NCBI GenBank assembly: GCA_963719515.1
Contig: CAVRCJ010000011.1
Coordinates: forward strand, 160,001-224,000
Direction: 5' to 3'
Source of the DNA: an uncultured cyanobacterium
GTDB taxonomy: Bacteria; Cyanobacteriota; Cyanobacteriia; CAKZMO01
Length of the DNA stretch: 64,000 bases
Shown here: in pieces, positions 20,232 to 29,838 of the stretch
Numbering within the stretch: position 1 is the stretch's first letter
How the letters are laid out: every line of letters begins with the position of its first letter
The notes under the pieces: generated by a model
The model's input: the letters and a program-made list of their open reading frames with translations, nothing else
Database searches by the model: none
Told to the model about the DNA's origin: nothing
Translations under genes and position numbers: made by a program

Positions 20232-23200
20232 GGGTAGCCGCTTTGGTTTTTGATGATGTCGAAGATCGCTTCAGTTGCTCTGCGGTCTCGGGACATTATA
20301 GGGTAAAGCGCGTTAAGAACTTGCTTCGCTCTAGGGTCATCTTTCTTTCCTTTCCAGCCTGCCGGCGCTTCGTTACGCATCACGCGGTCCAGCTCCAGGG
20401 CGATCGCCGCTTTCTCATCTTCGTTCTTGGGACATTGAAACGTGGTGGCTTCAATGGTGGCTAAGTTGTTAAACAGCACAATCGCCTCGGCGTTGCCGCG
20501 TAGGGCTTCCGGCACCGTCGGGTCGGGGGCTTTCCTCGCCATGCGGTTGACCAGCGCCTCGACGTCGCGAAGGAACTGCTTGTAAGTCTCGGTATCGTCG
20601 CGCTTTTGCTGAATCAGGTCGTCCAGCAGCTTCGACATCTCGTCGTAGAACTTAGGATCGGTGAGGTTGTCGCGGATGATGGTGCGGCGGACGTTGTTGA
20701 TGATGGTTTCGGCGATCGCGCTGTTGGAGAGCTTGCCCTGGTGGTTGAGCTTTTGGGCGATGGCGTCGTGGATGCCGGTTTCGATGATGGCGTCGGTGAG
20801 GGAGAGGTTGCCGAGATTGCCCAGGGTTTGGGAGGCATCGGCTTGGATATAGCTGTTGATTAGGTGGCGCATATCCGCCTCGTAGGGCTTGGTGTCGAGC
20901 TCTTCGCCCGAGTAGTTTTTGATGGCGGTGCGGGTATCGGCGAAGAACTGGCCCTCTTGTTCAAGGGCGATAATGTCAGCGCTGGAGTAGCCCGCCTCTT
21001 GAAGCTGCTGGGCTAAGGTGGCGTAGGTGCGGACAAAGGTCGCGACCGCTTTGTAGAAGGCGATGCGCTGGGGCTCAGTTTCCTTGAGGTCGTCGGGGTT
21101 GGCGGCGTCACCGCAGAAGTAATGGAGGTACTGCTCAATTTCTTTGGGGGGCGGCACAGGCTCACAGAGATAGTGAAGCGCGTCGCGAGCAGTGTCGAGC
21201 TGGGCTTTACCTTCGGCGAGGTGGTTTTTAAGGGTGATGTTGGTGGGGCCGTCTTCGCTGGGGTCTAGCTCCTCGGAGTTGTAAACAGCGATGGAGGTTT
21301 CCACCTGCTCTAGCAAGGCTTTGTAGTCCACGATGTAGCCAAAGTCTTTGTCGTCGCCGTCCAGGCGATTGGTGCGGCAGATGGCCTGAAAGAGGGTGTG
21401 GTCCCGCATCTCGTTGTCGAGGTAGATGTAGGTGCAGGAGGGGGCATCGAAGCCGGTGAGCAGCTTACTGACGACGATCAGCAGTTTGCAGGTGGCGGGC
21501 TCTTTTTCGAAGCGGCGCTTGACGTCGTCTTCGTATTTTTTGGTGGTTTGTCCCGCTGTGAGGACGTGCTGGGTGTAGGTGTTGAATTTGTAGCGCTCGT
21601 TGCTGTTGGTCGGTTCGCGAGAGATTTTGCCGGGGCTGGGCTCGTAGGAGGTGACGATGCCGCAGTAGGGTCCAAAGTCGGTGTTTTGGAACAGGCGGAA
21701 GTAGTGGCAGGCGTCGTAGATGGAGGCAGCCACTAGGATGGCGGTGCCTCGGTCGTTGCTGAGGCGGGGCTTGAGACCGAAGTCGTGGATGATGTCGGCG
21801 ATGATGCGCTGCTTGCGCTCTCCCGCGCTCATCAGTTTCTCCATGCTGGCCCAACGCTCGCGCAGAATTGCCTGCTGGGGTTTGCTAAGCCCCCTGGTCT
21901 TTTGCTCAAACCACTCGTCGATATGCCGCTGCGAAGTAAGGCGCTGGGGCACGTCGCGGGCCTCGTATTTGAGGTCGAGGATGACGTTGTCGGCCACCGC
22001 TTCGTAGAACTTGTAGGTGTGGATGTAGGTGCCGAAGACCTCGCGGGTGGTTTGCTTGGCGTTGAGCAGCAGCGGGGTGCCGGTGAAGCCGATGAAGATG
22101 GCGTCCTTGAGCCAGCGGCTTTTCATCTGCTTGTTCATGTCGCCGCCCTGGGTGCGGTGGCATTCGTCTACGAAGACGTAGAAGCGCCCGTAAATAGGGG
22201 GCGGCTCGGTGCTGAAGTCGGGGTCAAATTTGTGAATTAGGGCGCAGAGCACGCGGGGGGTGGTTGCGGCGAGGGTGCGCTCGAACTGCTTGCGGGAGGT
22301 GATGCGGGGCGAGGCGGACTCTTCGGTGATGATGCCAGCATTTTTCATCACGCCCCAAATTTGCCTATCTAGCTCGTCGCGATCGGTGACGATGAGGATG
22401 CGGGCCTCGGGGTCATGCTCTAGCAGCCACTTGGTGAGCAGCACCATCAAGATGCTCTTGCCGCTGCCCTGGGTGTGCCAAATAATGCCGCCTTCGCGCT
22501 GGCGGATGCGGGCTTGGGCGGCTTTCATGCCGGTGTATTGGTGGGGGCGGGGCACTTTTTTGATGCCGCCGTCGAAGATGACGAAGTTATGGATCAGGTC
22601 GAGCAGACGGGCTTTATCGCACATCTCGGCCAGGGGGCGATCGAGCTTGGCACCAGCGGCATTGGGGTCGGGGTCAGGGTTCTGAAGCTTCCAGGGCGTA
22701 AAAAATTCTTCTAAGGTGTCGGTGGTGCCGTAGTGCAGCCCTTGAGCGTCGTTTCCGGCAAAGACAAACTGAACGGTGCTGAAGAAGCTTTGATTGAATA
22801 TCGCTTCTTGGTTGGTAATTAGCTGGCGGATGCCTTCGGTGATATTGACGGAGCTGCGCTTCAGTTCAATGACGCCGATGGCGATGCCGTTGAGGTAGAG
22901 GACTAGGTCGGGGCGGCGTTCGTAGCCGCCCTTGAGCGTGACTTCTTCGGCTAGGGCGAAGTCGTTGGCCTCGGGGTGGTCCCAGTCAATCAGGTGGATG
23001 GTTTCGTAGTTCTTTTTTAGGTCTGTTTTGACCTGGATGCCGTAGCGCAGCAGCTGGTAGGTGCGCAGGTTGGCCTGATAGAGGGTGATGCCGGTGGTGT
23101 CAGCGGCGGCTTTGAGCTTTTCTAGGGCGGCGTTGATGTGGGGGGTGGTGTAGCCGCGCGCCTGGAGGTTTTGGTGCAGCAGTTCGGTTTCGATGGGGCG

Positions 23201-23323
23201 GTTGTTGTCTCGGTGTTGCCAGTTGCCCAGGTAGCGGTAGCCGAGGCTGTCGGGGCGGCTGGGGTCGGTGAACAGGGCGACGACGCGGTTTTGGGTTTGG
23301 CGTTCTGGGCGGGGTTCTGGCAT
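20228..23323 (-). CDS. hsdR: type I restriction endonuclease subunit R
   Basis: [54 protein letters not shown]. Confidence 0.95.
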   Translation of the reverse strand: MPEPRPERQTQNRVVALFTDPSRPDSLGYRYLGNWQHRDNNRPIETELLHQNLQARGYTTPHINAALEKLKAAADTTGITLYQANLRTYQLLRYGIQVKTDLKKNYETIHLIDWDHPEANDFALAEEVTLKGGYERRPDLVLYLNGIAIGVIELKRSSVNITEGIRQLITNQEAIFNQSFFSTVQFVFAGNDAQGLHYGTTDTLEEFFTPWKLQNPDPDPNAAGAKLDRPLAEMCDKARLLDLIHNFVIFDGGIKKVPRPHQYTGMKAAQARIRQREGGIIWHTQGSGKSILMVLLTKWLLEHDPEARILIVTDRDELDRQIWGVMKNAGIITEESASPRITSRKQFERTLAATTPRVLCALIHKFDPDFSTEPPPIYGRFYVFVDECHRTQGGDMNKQMKSRWLKDAIFIGFTGTPLLLNAKQTTREVFGTYIHTYKFYEAVADNVILDLKYEARDVPQRLTSQRHIDEWFEQKTRGLSKPQQAILRERWASMEKLMSAGERKQRIIADIIHDFGLKPRLSNDRGTAILVAASIYDACHYFRLFQNTDFGPYCGIVTSYEPSPGKISREPTNSNERYKFNTYTQHVLTAGQTTKKYEDDVKRRFEKEPATCKLLIVVSKLLTGFDAPSCTYIYLDNEMRDHTLFQAICRTNRLDGDDKDFGYIVDYKALLEQVETSIAVYNSEELDPSEDGPTNITLKNHLAEGKAQLDTARDALHYLCEPVPPPKEIEQYLHYFCGDAANPDDLKETEPQRIAFYKAVATFVRTYATLAQQLQEAGYSSADIIALEQEGQFFADTRTAIKNYSGEELDTKPYEADMRHLINSYIQADASQTLGNLGNLSLTDAIIETGIHDAIAQKLNHQGKLSNSAIAETIINNVRRTIIRDNLTDPKFYDEMSKLLDDLIQQKRDDTETYKQFLRDVEALVNRMARKAPDPTVPEALRGNAEAIVLFNNLATIEATTFQCPKNEDEKAAIALELDRVMRNEAPAGWKGKKDDPRAKQVLNALYPIMSRDRRATEAIFDIIKNQSGYP

Positions 23324-23326
23324 GGT

Positions 23327-23428
23327 TTAGGCAACTCCATAGCCGGTGTAGGGGCGCTTGTAGGCGGGGTGTAGGCCGAGGATGATATCTGCTTTTGGGA
23401 TGCCCATGCTAATAAGTTCTTGTTCTAG
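23327..23428 (-). pseudogene. xisI: 3' fragment of XisI-family gene
   Basis: LEQELISMGIPKADIILGLHPAYKRPYTGYGVA* matches the typical XisI C-terminus. Confidence 0.75.
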
Positions 23429-23615
23429 TAAAGCTTTTGATTTCAACGGCGATTTTCTCCTCTCCCCGCTCAGCGGCGATCAGTCGCTCGGCGGCTAGAT
23501 CAATTTTAACTTTGACTTCTTCCCACTCCAGCGCTAGCGGGTCGCTGGAGATGTGCCACTGGTCTTTTTCGAGGCCACGACGGACGGCGTTGTGGAATAG
23601 ATCTCTGGCGCTCAT
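23409..23615 (-). pseudogene. xisH: 5' fragment of XisH-family nuclease
   Basis: MSARDLFHNAVRRGLEKDQW.ISSDPL...IDLAAERLIAAER..EKIAVEIKSF, then an abrupt end. Confidence 0.85.
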
Positions 23616-24958
23616 AGTAGGCGAGTTTTGCCGGTGAGGAGTTGTTGCATCATGCCCTGTTTGAGGGCGCGAGTTTTGCTATGGCGCTGCTCTAGGGCGG
23701 TGATTTCGGCGTCAATATCGGAGAGGACTGTGGCGATCGCGGTTTGTTCTGCTACGGGGGGAAGTAACATGAAAAACTTTGCCAAGTCTTGCGCGCCAAG
23801 GTTGGGTTGCGCAGCCCCACCTGACCAAGCCTCAATCATTCGCTCGCACAAACTAGAGCTAAAATAGCAGTCTAAATACTTGCGAAACACTGAATTATGT
23901 TCAAGGCGAATAATTACAAGAGAGCTCGCTATAGCTCCGTCTCCAAAATCGCTTTTTACAATTCCAAACTTTCCTAGTGAACCTCGAAGGCAGAATAGAA
24001 TGTCTCCAGCTTTGACTTTCCCGCCTCCAAGCCTATCGTAACTATCTTGGGTTATGTAGTCCATTGAGGCATGATCAACTTGTCCTTTATTAATATGACC
24101 AGCATTTATAAATGGAATTCCGCTAAATACAAAGTCTTTTCGGGACGGGTAGTTACTACCTCGGTCGCCGTTCTCAAACACGCATATCTCTCCAAGAGTG
24201 GCCAATCGCCAATCCTCCGGAATCATCCCCACCTCAGTCTCCTTATACCCCTTCCCCTCACCAAACCCCGGTAGTCGCCGCTTACCCGTGAGGAGCTGCT
24301 GCATCGCCCCTTGCTTCAGGTCGCGCTTCTTGGCAATAAGCTGCTCTAGCGCTGCCAGCAGCTCGTCTACGTCGGAGAGGGCAGAGGCGATCGCGCGTTG
24401 TTCGGGGAGATTAGAAGGTAGACCAACATACATCAAGTTTACAATAGTGATATATATATGCTTGATGGTTGATCCACCTGAGTCTTCAAGCATCTTTCTT
24501 TGATAGAAAGGGCTTTCCAACAATAGCTTTAAGAAGATTGGTTCAACTTTTTCATTCGGGCGTATTACTGCTACTGATTGATTAATACAAATCTGTTCGT
24601 CACCCACTATCGCAAGACGGCCAAGCGAGCCGTCTTTTGTAAGTAAGAGATCATTTCTTCTAGGCTTACTCTTTGAAGATAGTAAAGTTTTATAAGCGTT
24701 CTCTGTCGTTTTCCTCGCAGTTTCAAATTGAATCCTACCGCTGTTAATATCCGCAGCAGTAATCATGAAAATCCCGGATTCTACTGTAGGCATCGGATTG
24801 GTAAAGCCGTAAGAGATAAAAGAAAAATAATTTTCTAGTCTGTCGCATTCCCAATCCTCTGGAATCACCCCCACCTCAGTCCGCTTATACCCAGCCGGAA
24901 CCCCATCAGCCTTCAATCCCTCACCCCTTACCTCTCTCATCATCCGCTCCAACAACAA
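23612..24958 (-). CDS. hsdS: type I R-M specificity subunit (start may be 24943 or 24940)
   Basis: two TRDs flanked by repeated GYKxTEVGxIPEDW and QQLLTGKxRL blocks. Confidence 0.93.
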   Translation of the reverse strand: MLLERMMREVRGEGLKADGVPAGYKRTEVGVIPEDWECDRLENYFSFISYGFTNPMPTVESGIFMITAADINSGRIQFETARKTTENAYKTLLSSKSKPRRNDLLLTKDGSLGRLAIVGDEQICINQSVAVIRPNEKVEPIFLKLLLESPFYQRKMLEDSGGSTIKHIYITIVNLMYVGLPSNLPEQRAIASALSDVDELLAALEQLIAKKRDLKQGAMQQLLTGKRRLPGFGEGKGYKETEVGMIPEDWRLATLGEICVFENGDRGSNYPSRKDFVFSGIPFINAGHINKGQVDHASMDYITQDSYDRLGGGKVKAGDILFCLRGSLGKFGIVKSDFGDGAIASSLVIIRLEHNSVFRKYLDCYFSSSLCERMIEAWSGGAAQPNLGAQDLAKFFMLLPPVAEQTAIATVLSDIDAEITALEQRHSKTRALKQGMMQQLLTGKTRLL

Positions 24959-24980
24959 AACCCATTCAAATGCTGATTTC

Positions 24981-25013
24981 GTTGGGTCACGCTAGCGCTC
25001 TGACCCAATCTAC
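24981..25013 (-). repeat. REP-like palindrome GTAG-ATTGGGTCA-GAGCGCTAGCG-TGACCCAAC
   Basis: GTAG tetranucleotide followed by an imperfect stem; second copy at 25302. Confidence 0.75.
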
Positions 25014-25027
25014 GGCTCTCACAACAA

Positions 25028-25273
25028 TCACAATCGGCCTAGCTCTTGCAAATGTCGGACATCATGCTCAAAATCATCAACGCCATAGTGAACCGGAATC
25101 TGGCGACTCGCTAGAATGTGCTGAAATGCCATCCGATGCACCCCTGCAAACCGGCTTGCCTGAGCCAAGGTAAACTTCTCCTTCTGAAAAAGTAAGATCG
25201 CAATTTCCTGACGCATCTCTGCCTCAGTCATCCGAGCCGTAGCCAAAATCTCATTAGAAATCAAAATACTCAT
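25028..25273 (-). CDS. UPF0175-family antitoxin-like protein
   Basis: EMRQEIAILLFQKEKFTLAQASRFAG...FQHILASRQIPVHYGVDDFEHD. Confidence 0.88.
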   Translation of the reverse strand: MSILISNEILATARMTEAEMRQEIAILLFQKEKFTLAQASRFAGVHRMAFQHILASRQIPVHYGVDDFEHDVRHLQELGRL

Positions 25274-25301
25274 CGATTTACCTCGCTTACCGACCGGTTT
25301 T

Positions 25302-25334
25302 GTTAGGTCACGCTAGCGCTCTGGCCTAACCTCC
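25302..25334 (-). repeat. REP-like palindrome, second copy in the same orientation
   Basis: GGAG-GTTAGGCCA-GAGCGCTAGCG-TGACCTAAC, identical loop with compensated stem changes. Confidence 0.72.
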
Positions 25335-25339
25335 CTCCC

Positions 25340-28063
25340 TCAATCCCATGCTAGCCCCATAGTCTTCAGGTGCTCCTCCACCCGCGCCGCTAGCCCCTCC
25401 ACCTTCGCCTCTAGCTCCGGCAGCGGCACCGCATAGCGCTCCGCCAGCTCCCGAATTCGTCCCGTCAGCCTCTGCGATACCCGCTCAATCTCCCCCTGCA
25501 CCGCCGCGCTCAGGGTCGGCATCCACTTGTCATTCACCACTAGCGTCTTCACTTCGTCTTCGGTGAGCTGCGGATACTTGTCGTAGGCCAGCGTGTCTAG
25601 CTCTGCCTCCATATCCTTAATCTCGCTTTTCAGCCGCTTCTCCTCGTCTAGCTGCGCCAGATAGCGTACTACCACCTCCAAGTCCTCTAGCTCCTCCGGG
25701 AGCGGGTCTTTCGTTAGGCGGTCTAAGTGTCGTTTCTCTGCCACCACAAATAGCTTCTTCGCCTTTTTAACAGTGGCCTTCATTGCCTTGTCTGTCTCTA
25801 AATACTCTGAGAGTACCTTATGCTCTTCGCCGACTGACTCCGCTAGCCGAGTCTTAATCATCTTCAGCGTCAAGCTACCCTTTTTGGGTTTTAGTGCTGT
25901 CAGGAAGTGATTGCTACTCAACTCCTGTAGCTGGGCAGCATTTTCGTCTGCTATCTCCCGAGCGGTGCTGTAAGTAAAAAATGCTGAATCTTCTTCCTCC
26001 CGCCATAGCGATACTACGACCTCCTCATAGGCCACCTGGGCGTCAGCTTTAGAAGATACATCTTTTAGCGCCCCCTCTTCGCCGCCGTGCTCTTCCAGTA
26101 GTTCCTCCAGATTGGCAACCACTGCCTCTAGCTCAGCCTGCAGCTTGTCAATCGCCGCCTGTTCCTTAGCAAAGTAGCGAGCCACAATCAGGGGCTTGGG
26201 TACCAGGTCGCAGGTCCATCCTTTATCCGTCTGTTTGCCACTTTTTGCTTCCTCTATAACCCGATAGGTTTGGGCCGCCCACCCCTCTGCCGCAATAATG
26301 TAACAGTCGTCCTGCATGGTCTCCGCCCAGTAATCCATCAGGTGCTGATATACCGCGTAGGCATCCACCAGCGGCGCGGGTTTGAACCCATCAAGCAGCT
26401 CCTCGGCGATAGTTTTAATCAATTCCTTGGGCAGGCCATCTTTATCAAATTCCTTGAGGCGGGGCACCTGCACCTGCTGCCACTGCTCAAACCGCTGCGT
26501 TACCCGCTGGGTAAAGGCGGCAAATTCCGCGTGATCTAAGATGGTCGCCTTCACCTGGGCGATCGCGGGCTGCAGGTGAAAGTAATCGGGGCGATCGGCG
26601 GGCTGAAATAGGGCAGAGCGCACCTGGGGCATCACCTGCCAGTAGCGCTCTAGGTCATCAATATCTTGCTTGGGGATGCCGCCGCGCAGGTGGGCCTCTA
26701 GGTCTTGGATATCCTCCGGCTCGGTGCTGTCGATATAGCGCGGCAGGTTGAGGTTGTAGTCGTTCTTCGGGTCCGCAATCTCCTCAAAGGGCACCATGCG
26801 GGCGTAGCGCGGGATATTGGTCTGTTTGGTAAAGGTATCTACGATGCGGTGGATGTCCTGCTCCCGCAGGCGGTTCTTGTTGCCGTCTTTTTTGAACCCC
26901 TTGGAAGCATCCACCATAAAAATGCCCCGCCGCGCCGTGGCGTTTTCCTTATCCAGCACCACAATGCAGGCCGGAATGCCCGTACCGTAAAACAGGTTAG
27001 GGGGCAGGCCAATGATGCCCTTTAAGTAGCCTGAATGCACTAGCTGCTGGCGAATCACCGCTTCCGCATTGCCGCGAAACAGCACCCCGTGGGGCAAAAT
27101 GCAGGCGGCTTTGCCCGTGCGCTTCATGGAGCGGATGATGTGCAGCAGATAGGCATAGTCCCCCTGCTTAGCCGGTGGCTCGCCCCATTCAAAGCGCTTG
27201 TAGCGCTCGCTGGCGGGCGTGAGGCCCGTGCTCCAGGTCTTATCGGAAAAGGGGGGATTCGCTACCACATAGTCGTAAGTGCGCAGCTGCTCACCGTCCT
27301 TGAACTTGGGAGCCGCCAGCGTATTGCCCGACAGAATATTCGCCGTGGGGAAATCGTGCAGAATCATATTCATCCGGGCTAGACCGGAAGTAGTGACGTC
27401 CTTCTCCTGCCCTTCTAGGGTGATGCGCTTGCCCGCCTGGGCCGCTACCTTCAGCAGCAGCGACCCGGAGCCGCAGGTGGGGTCGTAGGCGGTGGTAGAG
27501 GCTACGGTGTTCTCTGGCGAAATGCCAATCACCTGAGCAATAACGCGGCTCACCTCTGCCGGGGTATAAAACTGCCCTTTGCTTTTGCCGCTTTCGGTGG
27601 CGAAGTGCCGCATCAAGTACTCGTAGGCATCCCCCAAGATGTCGTCGTGGTCGGCCCGGTTTTTAGAAAAATCCAGCTCCGGCTTTTGAAAGATGGCCAC
27701 CAAGTTGGTGAGCCGCTCCACCATCGCCGACCCTTCCCCCAGCTTGTTGGGGTCGTTGAAGTCCGGGAATTCGCTGCGGGCTAGGCTTTGATTGGCCTCG
27801 ATCAGCGGTGAGATAATCTGCTTATTAATTTTGTCGCCAATATCGTTCTTGCCCTTGAGGGCCACCATATCCCAAAAGCTTGCCCCTTCCGGGATGGCGA
27901 CGGGCGGCGCGTAGTCGTCAGAGTCGGCGTATTTGTCAGAGATATATTTGATGAACAGCATAAACAGGACATAGTCCTTGTACTGGCTGGCATCCATGCC
28001 GCCGCGCAGTTCATCACAAGAGGCCCAAAGTGAGGAGTAGAGTTCGGATTTTTTAATTGCCAA
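25340..28063 (-). CDS. hsdM: type I R-M N6-adenine methyltransferase with long C-terminal helical domain
   Basis: DELRGGMDASQYKDY, GQFYTP, YDPTCGSGSLL, VANPPF; TTG start. Confidence 0.95.
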   Translation of the reverse strand: MAIKKSELYSSLWASCDELRGGMDASQYKDYVLFMLFIKYISDKYADSDDYAPPVAIPEGASFWDMVALKGKNDIGDKINKQIISPLIEANQSLARSEFPDFNDPNKLGEGSAMVERLTNLVAIFQKPELDFSKNRADHDDILGDAYEYLMRHFATESGKSKGQFYTPAEVSRVIAQVIGISPENTVASTTAYDPTCGSGSLLLKVAAQAGKRITLEGQEKDVTTSGLARMNMILHDFPTANILSGNTLAAPKFKDGEQLRTYDYVVANPPFSDKTWSTGLTPASERYKRFEWGEPPAKQGDYAYLLHIIRSMKRTGKAACILPHGVLFRGNAEAVIRQQLVHSGYLKGIIGLPPNLFYGTGIPACIVVLDKENATARRGIFMVDASKGFKKDGNKNRLREQDIHRIVDTFTKQTNIPRYARMVPFEEIADPKNDYNLNLPRYIDSTEPEDIQDLEAHLRGGIPKQDIDDLERYWQVMPQVRSALFQPADRPDYFHLQPAIAQVKATILDHAEFAAFTQRVTQRFEQWQQVQVPRLKEFDKDGLPKELIKTIAEELLDGFKPAPLVDAYAVYQHLMDYWAETMQDDCYIIAAEGWAAQTYRVIEEAKSGKQTDKGWTCDLVPKPLIVARYFAKEQAAIDKLQAELEAVVANLEELLEEHGGEEGALKDVSSKADAQVAYEEVVVSLWREEEDSAFFTYSTAREIADENAAQLQELSSNHFLTALKPKKGSLTLKMIKTRLAESVGEEHKVLSEYLETDKAMKATVKKAKKLFVVAEKRHLDRLTKDPLPEELEDLEVVVRYLAQLDEEKRLKSEIKDMEAELDTLAYDKYPQLTEDEVKTLVVNDKWMPTLSAAVQGEIERVSQRLTGRIRELAERYAVPLPELEAKVEGLAARVEEHLKTMGLAWD

Positions 28064-28139
28064 GGCGAGCTAACTGTATACGAACGCTGTATTTGCCAGA
28101 TAATACCCCTCTTTTCGTGTCTTATCCCTATGTTTCAGC

Positions 28140-29096
28140 ATGTTATTACCCACCTACGATGAACTCATGCTGCCCCTACTGCAGCTCGCCGCCCAAAGCC
28201 CTCAAGAGCAGCCCGTCCGTAACCTACGGGAACAGCTCGCCCAACAGCTCAACCTCACCCCCGAACAGCGCGCCATCAAGCTTCCCAGCGGTCGCCAAGC
28301 CGCCTTTGATAACCGCGTTGGCTGGGCTTCCACCTACCTACGCAAAGCAGGGCTGCTAGAGAGCACGCGCCGAGGCTACGTCAGGATTACCCTGCGAGGC
28401 CAAGAGGTCTTAAACCAGCGCCCAACCGCGATAGACAACGCCTACCTACAGCAATTTGAAGAATTCAAAGACTTTAGCGATCGCGCCAGCGGGGACGACA
28501 GCGCTCTACGCACCACTCCAATAAAGGGAACCGATGTAGTCACCCCAGGCCCTCAACCTGACGAACGCACCACGCCAGACGAGCGCATTCGCCAAGCTTA
28601 TGCCGTTCTAGAAGCCGACTTACGCGACAACCTGCTCGAAAAGGTCAAGCAAATGGACCCAGGTGACTTTGAGGGCCTAGTCCTCCAGCTCCTCCACGCC
28701 ATGGGCTACGGCGGCAGCCTCAAAGACGTCGAAGGCGTCCCCACCGGCCCAGACGGCGGCATCGACGGCCTGATTAAAGAAGACAAGCTCGGCCTCGACA
28801 CCATCTACATCCAGGCCAAGCGCTGGGGCGATAAATCCGTCGGTCGCGAGAAGATCCAGGCTTTTGCAGGAGCGATCGCTGGGGTCGGGGCGCGCAAGGG
28901 CGTTTTCATGACCACCTCCACCTTTACCCAGCAGGCCCACAGCTACGTCAACGGGCTGCAGGGCAGCAAAATCGTTCTAGTCGATGGGCAAACGCTAGCG
29001 CAGCTGATGATTGAGCACAACGTCGGCGTCAGCATCCGCGAGACCTTCGAAATCAAGCGCATCGACGAAGACTTCTTCTCTGATGCAGAAATTTAG
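28140..29096 (+). CDS. mrr: Mrr type IV methyl-directed restriction endonuclease
   Basis: Mrr_N (PTYDELMLPLL, NRVGWASTYL) plus DGGIDG...YIQAKRW. Confidence 0.92.
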   Translation: MLLPTYDELMLPLLQLAAQSPQEQPVRNLREQLAQQLNLTPEQRAIKLPSGRQAAFDNRVGWASTYLRKAGLLESTRRGYVRITLRGQEVLNQRPTAIDNAYLQQFEEFKDFSDRASGDDSALRTTPIKGTDVVTPGPQPDERTTPDERIRQAYAVLEADLRDNLLEKVKQMDPGDFEGLVLQLLHAMGYGGSLKDVEGVPTGPDGGIDGLIKEDKLGLDTIYIQAKRWGDKSVGREKIQAFAGAIAGVGARKGVFMTTSTFTQQAHSYVNGLQGSKIVLVDGQTLAQLMIEHNVGVSIRETFEIKRIDEDFFSDAEI

Positions 29097-29154
29097 GCCA
29101 GAGTTCTGCGCTCGCAAAACGAAGGCAAAGCCTTTATCCCCTCGCAAACGCCAA

Positions 29155-29364
29155 TGCAGCGCCCCGATCTTTAAAGATCACACCCTACACTTTAAACGCA
29201 GCACCCGATCTTTAAAGCGTGACCCCTCAACTCTCAAACGTAAGCCGCGATCTTTAAGGTGCGATCGCCCAACTCTCAAACGCAGCCCGCGATCTTTAAA
29301 AGCGGAGCCGTCGATCTTCAAAGATCGCCCCCAACAACTCAAATTGCCCCGCCCAACTTCAAAA
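29155..29364. repeat. degenerate 21-bp tandem array (10 units, 42-bp higher-order period)
   Basis: units end alternately in GATCTTTAAA-like and AACTCTCAAA-like motifs with exact 21-nt spacing. Confidence 0.8.
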
Positions 29365-29476
29365 ATTGCCCCGCCCCATCCAAAGCATCGCCAGCAACTT
29401 TCACCATCGCCCTCCCCCCAAACCAACCTCTAGAGCAAACCCCAACGCTCAAAACGCCAACCAAGACAAACCCTAA

Positions 29477-29525
29477 ACCCACTTCAGTGGGTGTCTTCAG
29501 GTTAGCCCGCGCTTCAGCTGCGGGC
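29477..29525. repeat. twin short hairpins with TTCA loops (REP/IS200-end-like)
   Basis: ACCCAC-TTCA-GTGGGT and GCCCGCGC-TTCA-GCTGCGGGC. Confidence 0.5.
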
Positions 29526-29578
29526 GAGGGTAAACGCCCCAAAAGCGATCGCCCCCGCAAAAATTTCCCTCTTCCCTC

Positions 29579-29607
29579 TTGCCATCCCAGCACAAATGGC
29601 CTATTCT
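29579..29607 (+). promoter_or_regulatory. sigma70-like promoter
   Basis: TTGCCA-17 nt-TATTCT. Confidence 0.55.
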
Positions 29608-29613
29608 CTTGAG

Positions 29614-29838
29614 CTAGAGCCGTGGTCCCCATGGCTTCAGTCTCCCAAGAATTCGGTCGGGCGGAGCTACTGGTTGTTCACAGCAACCCGTAGCCCCTAA
29701 GCCACCCAAACAGAGTAAGGCTGTCAGGATGACCTGAGGTTGATCATAAGAGATACCCGCGTCATTCCGAACCTCATAACGTCTGGAATGACCGGTTCCT
29801 GGGGGACTCCTAACCCAAAACATCAACAGGAGTCCCTC
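29614..29838 (+). promoter_or_regulatory. structured 5' leader ending in an SD-sequestering hairpin (copy A)
   Basis: hairpins GCTAC..GGTTG/CAACC..GTAGC and GTCATTCC/GGAATGAC; GGGACTCCT(29803-11)/AGGAGTCCC(29828-36) just before the ATG. Confidence 0.65.

Noticed and set aside
29011..29632. ORFs spanning the 21-bp array
   Set aside because: They overlap mrr or lack an SD, and are low-complexity repeat translations
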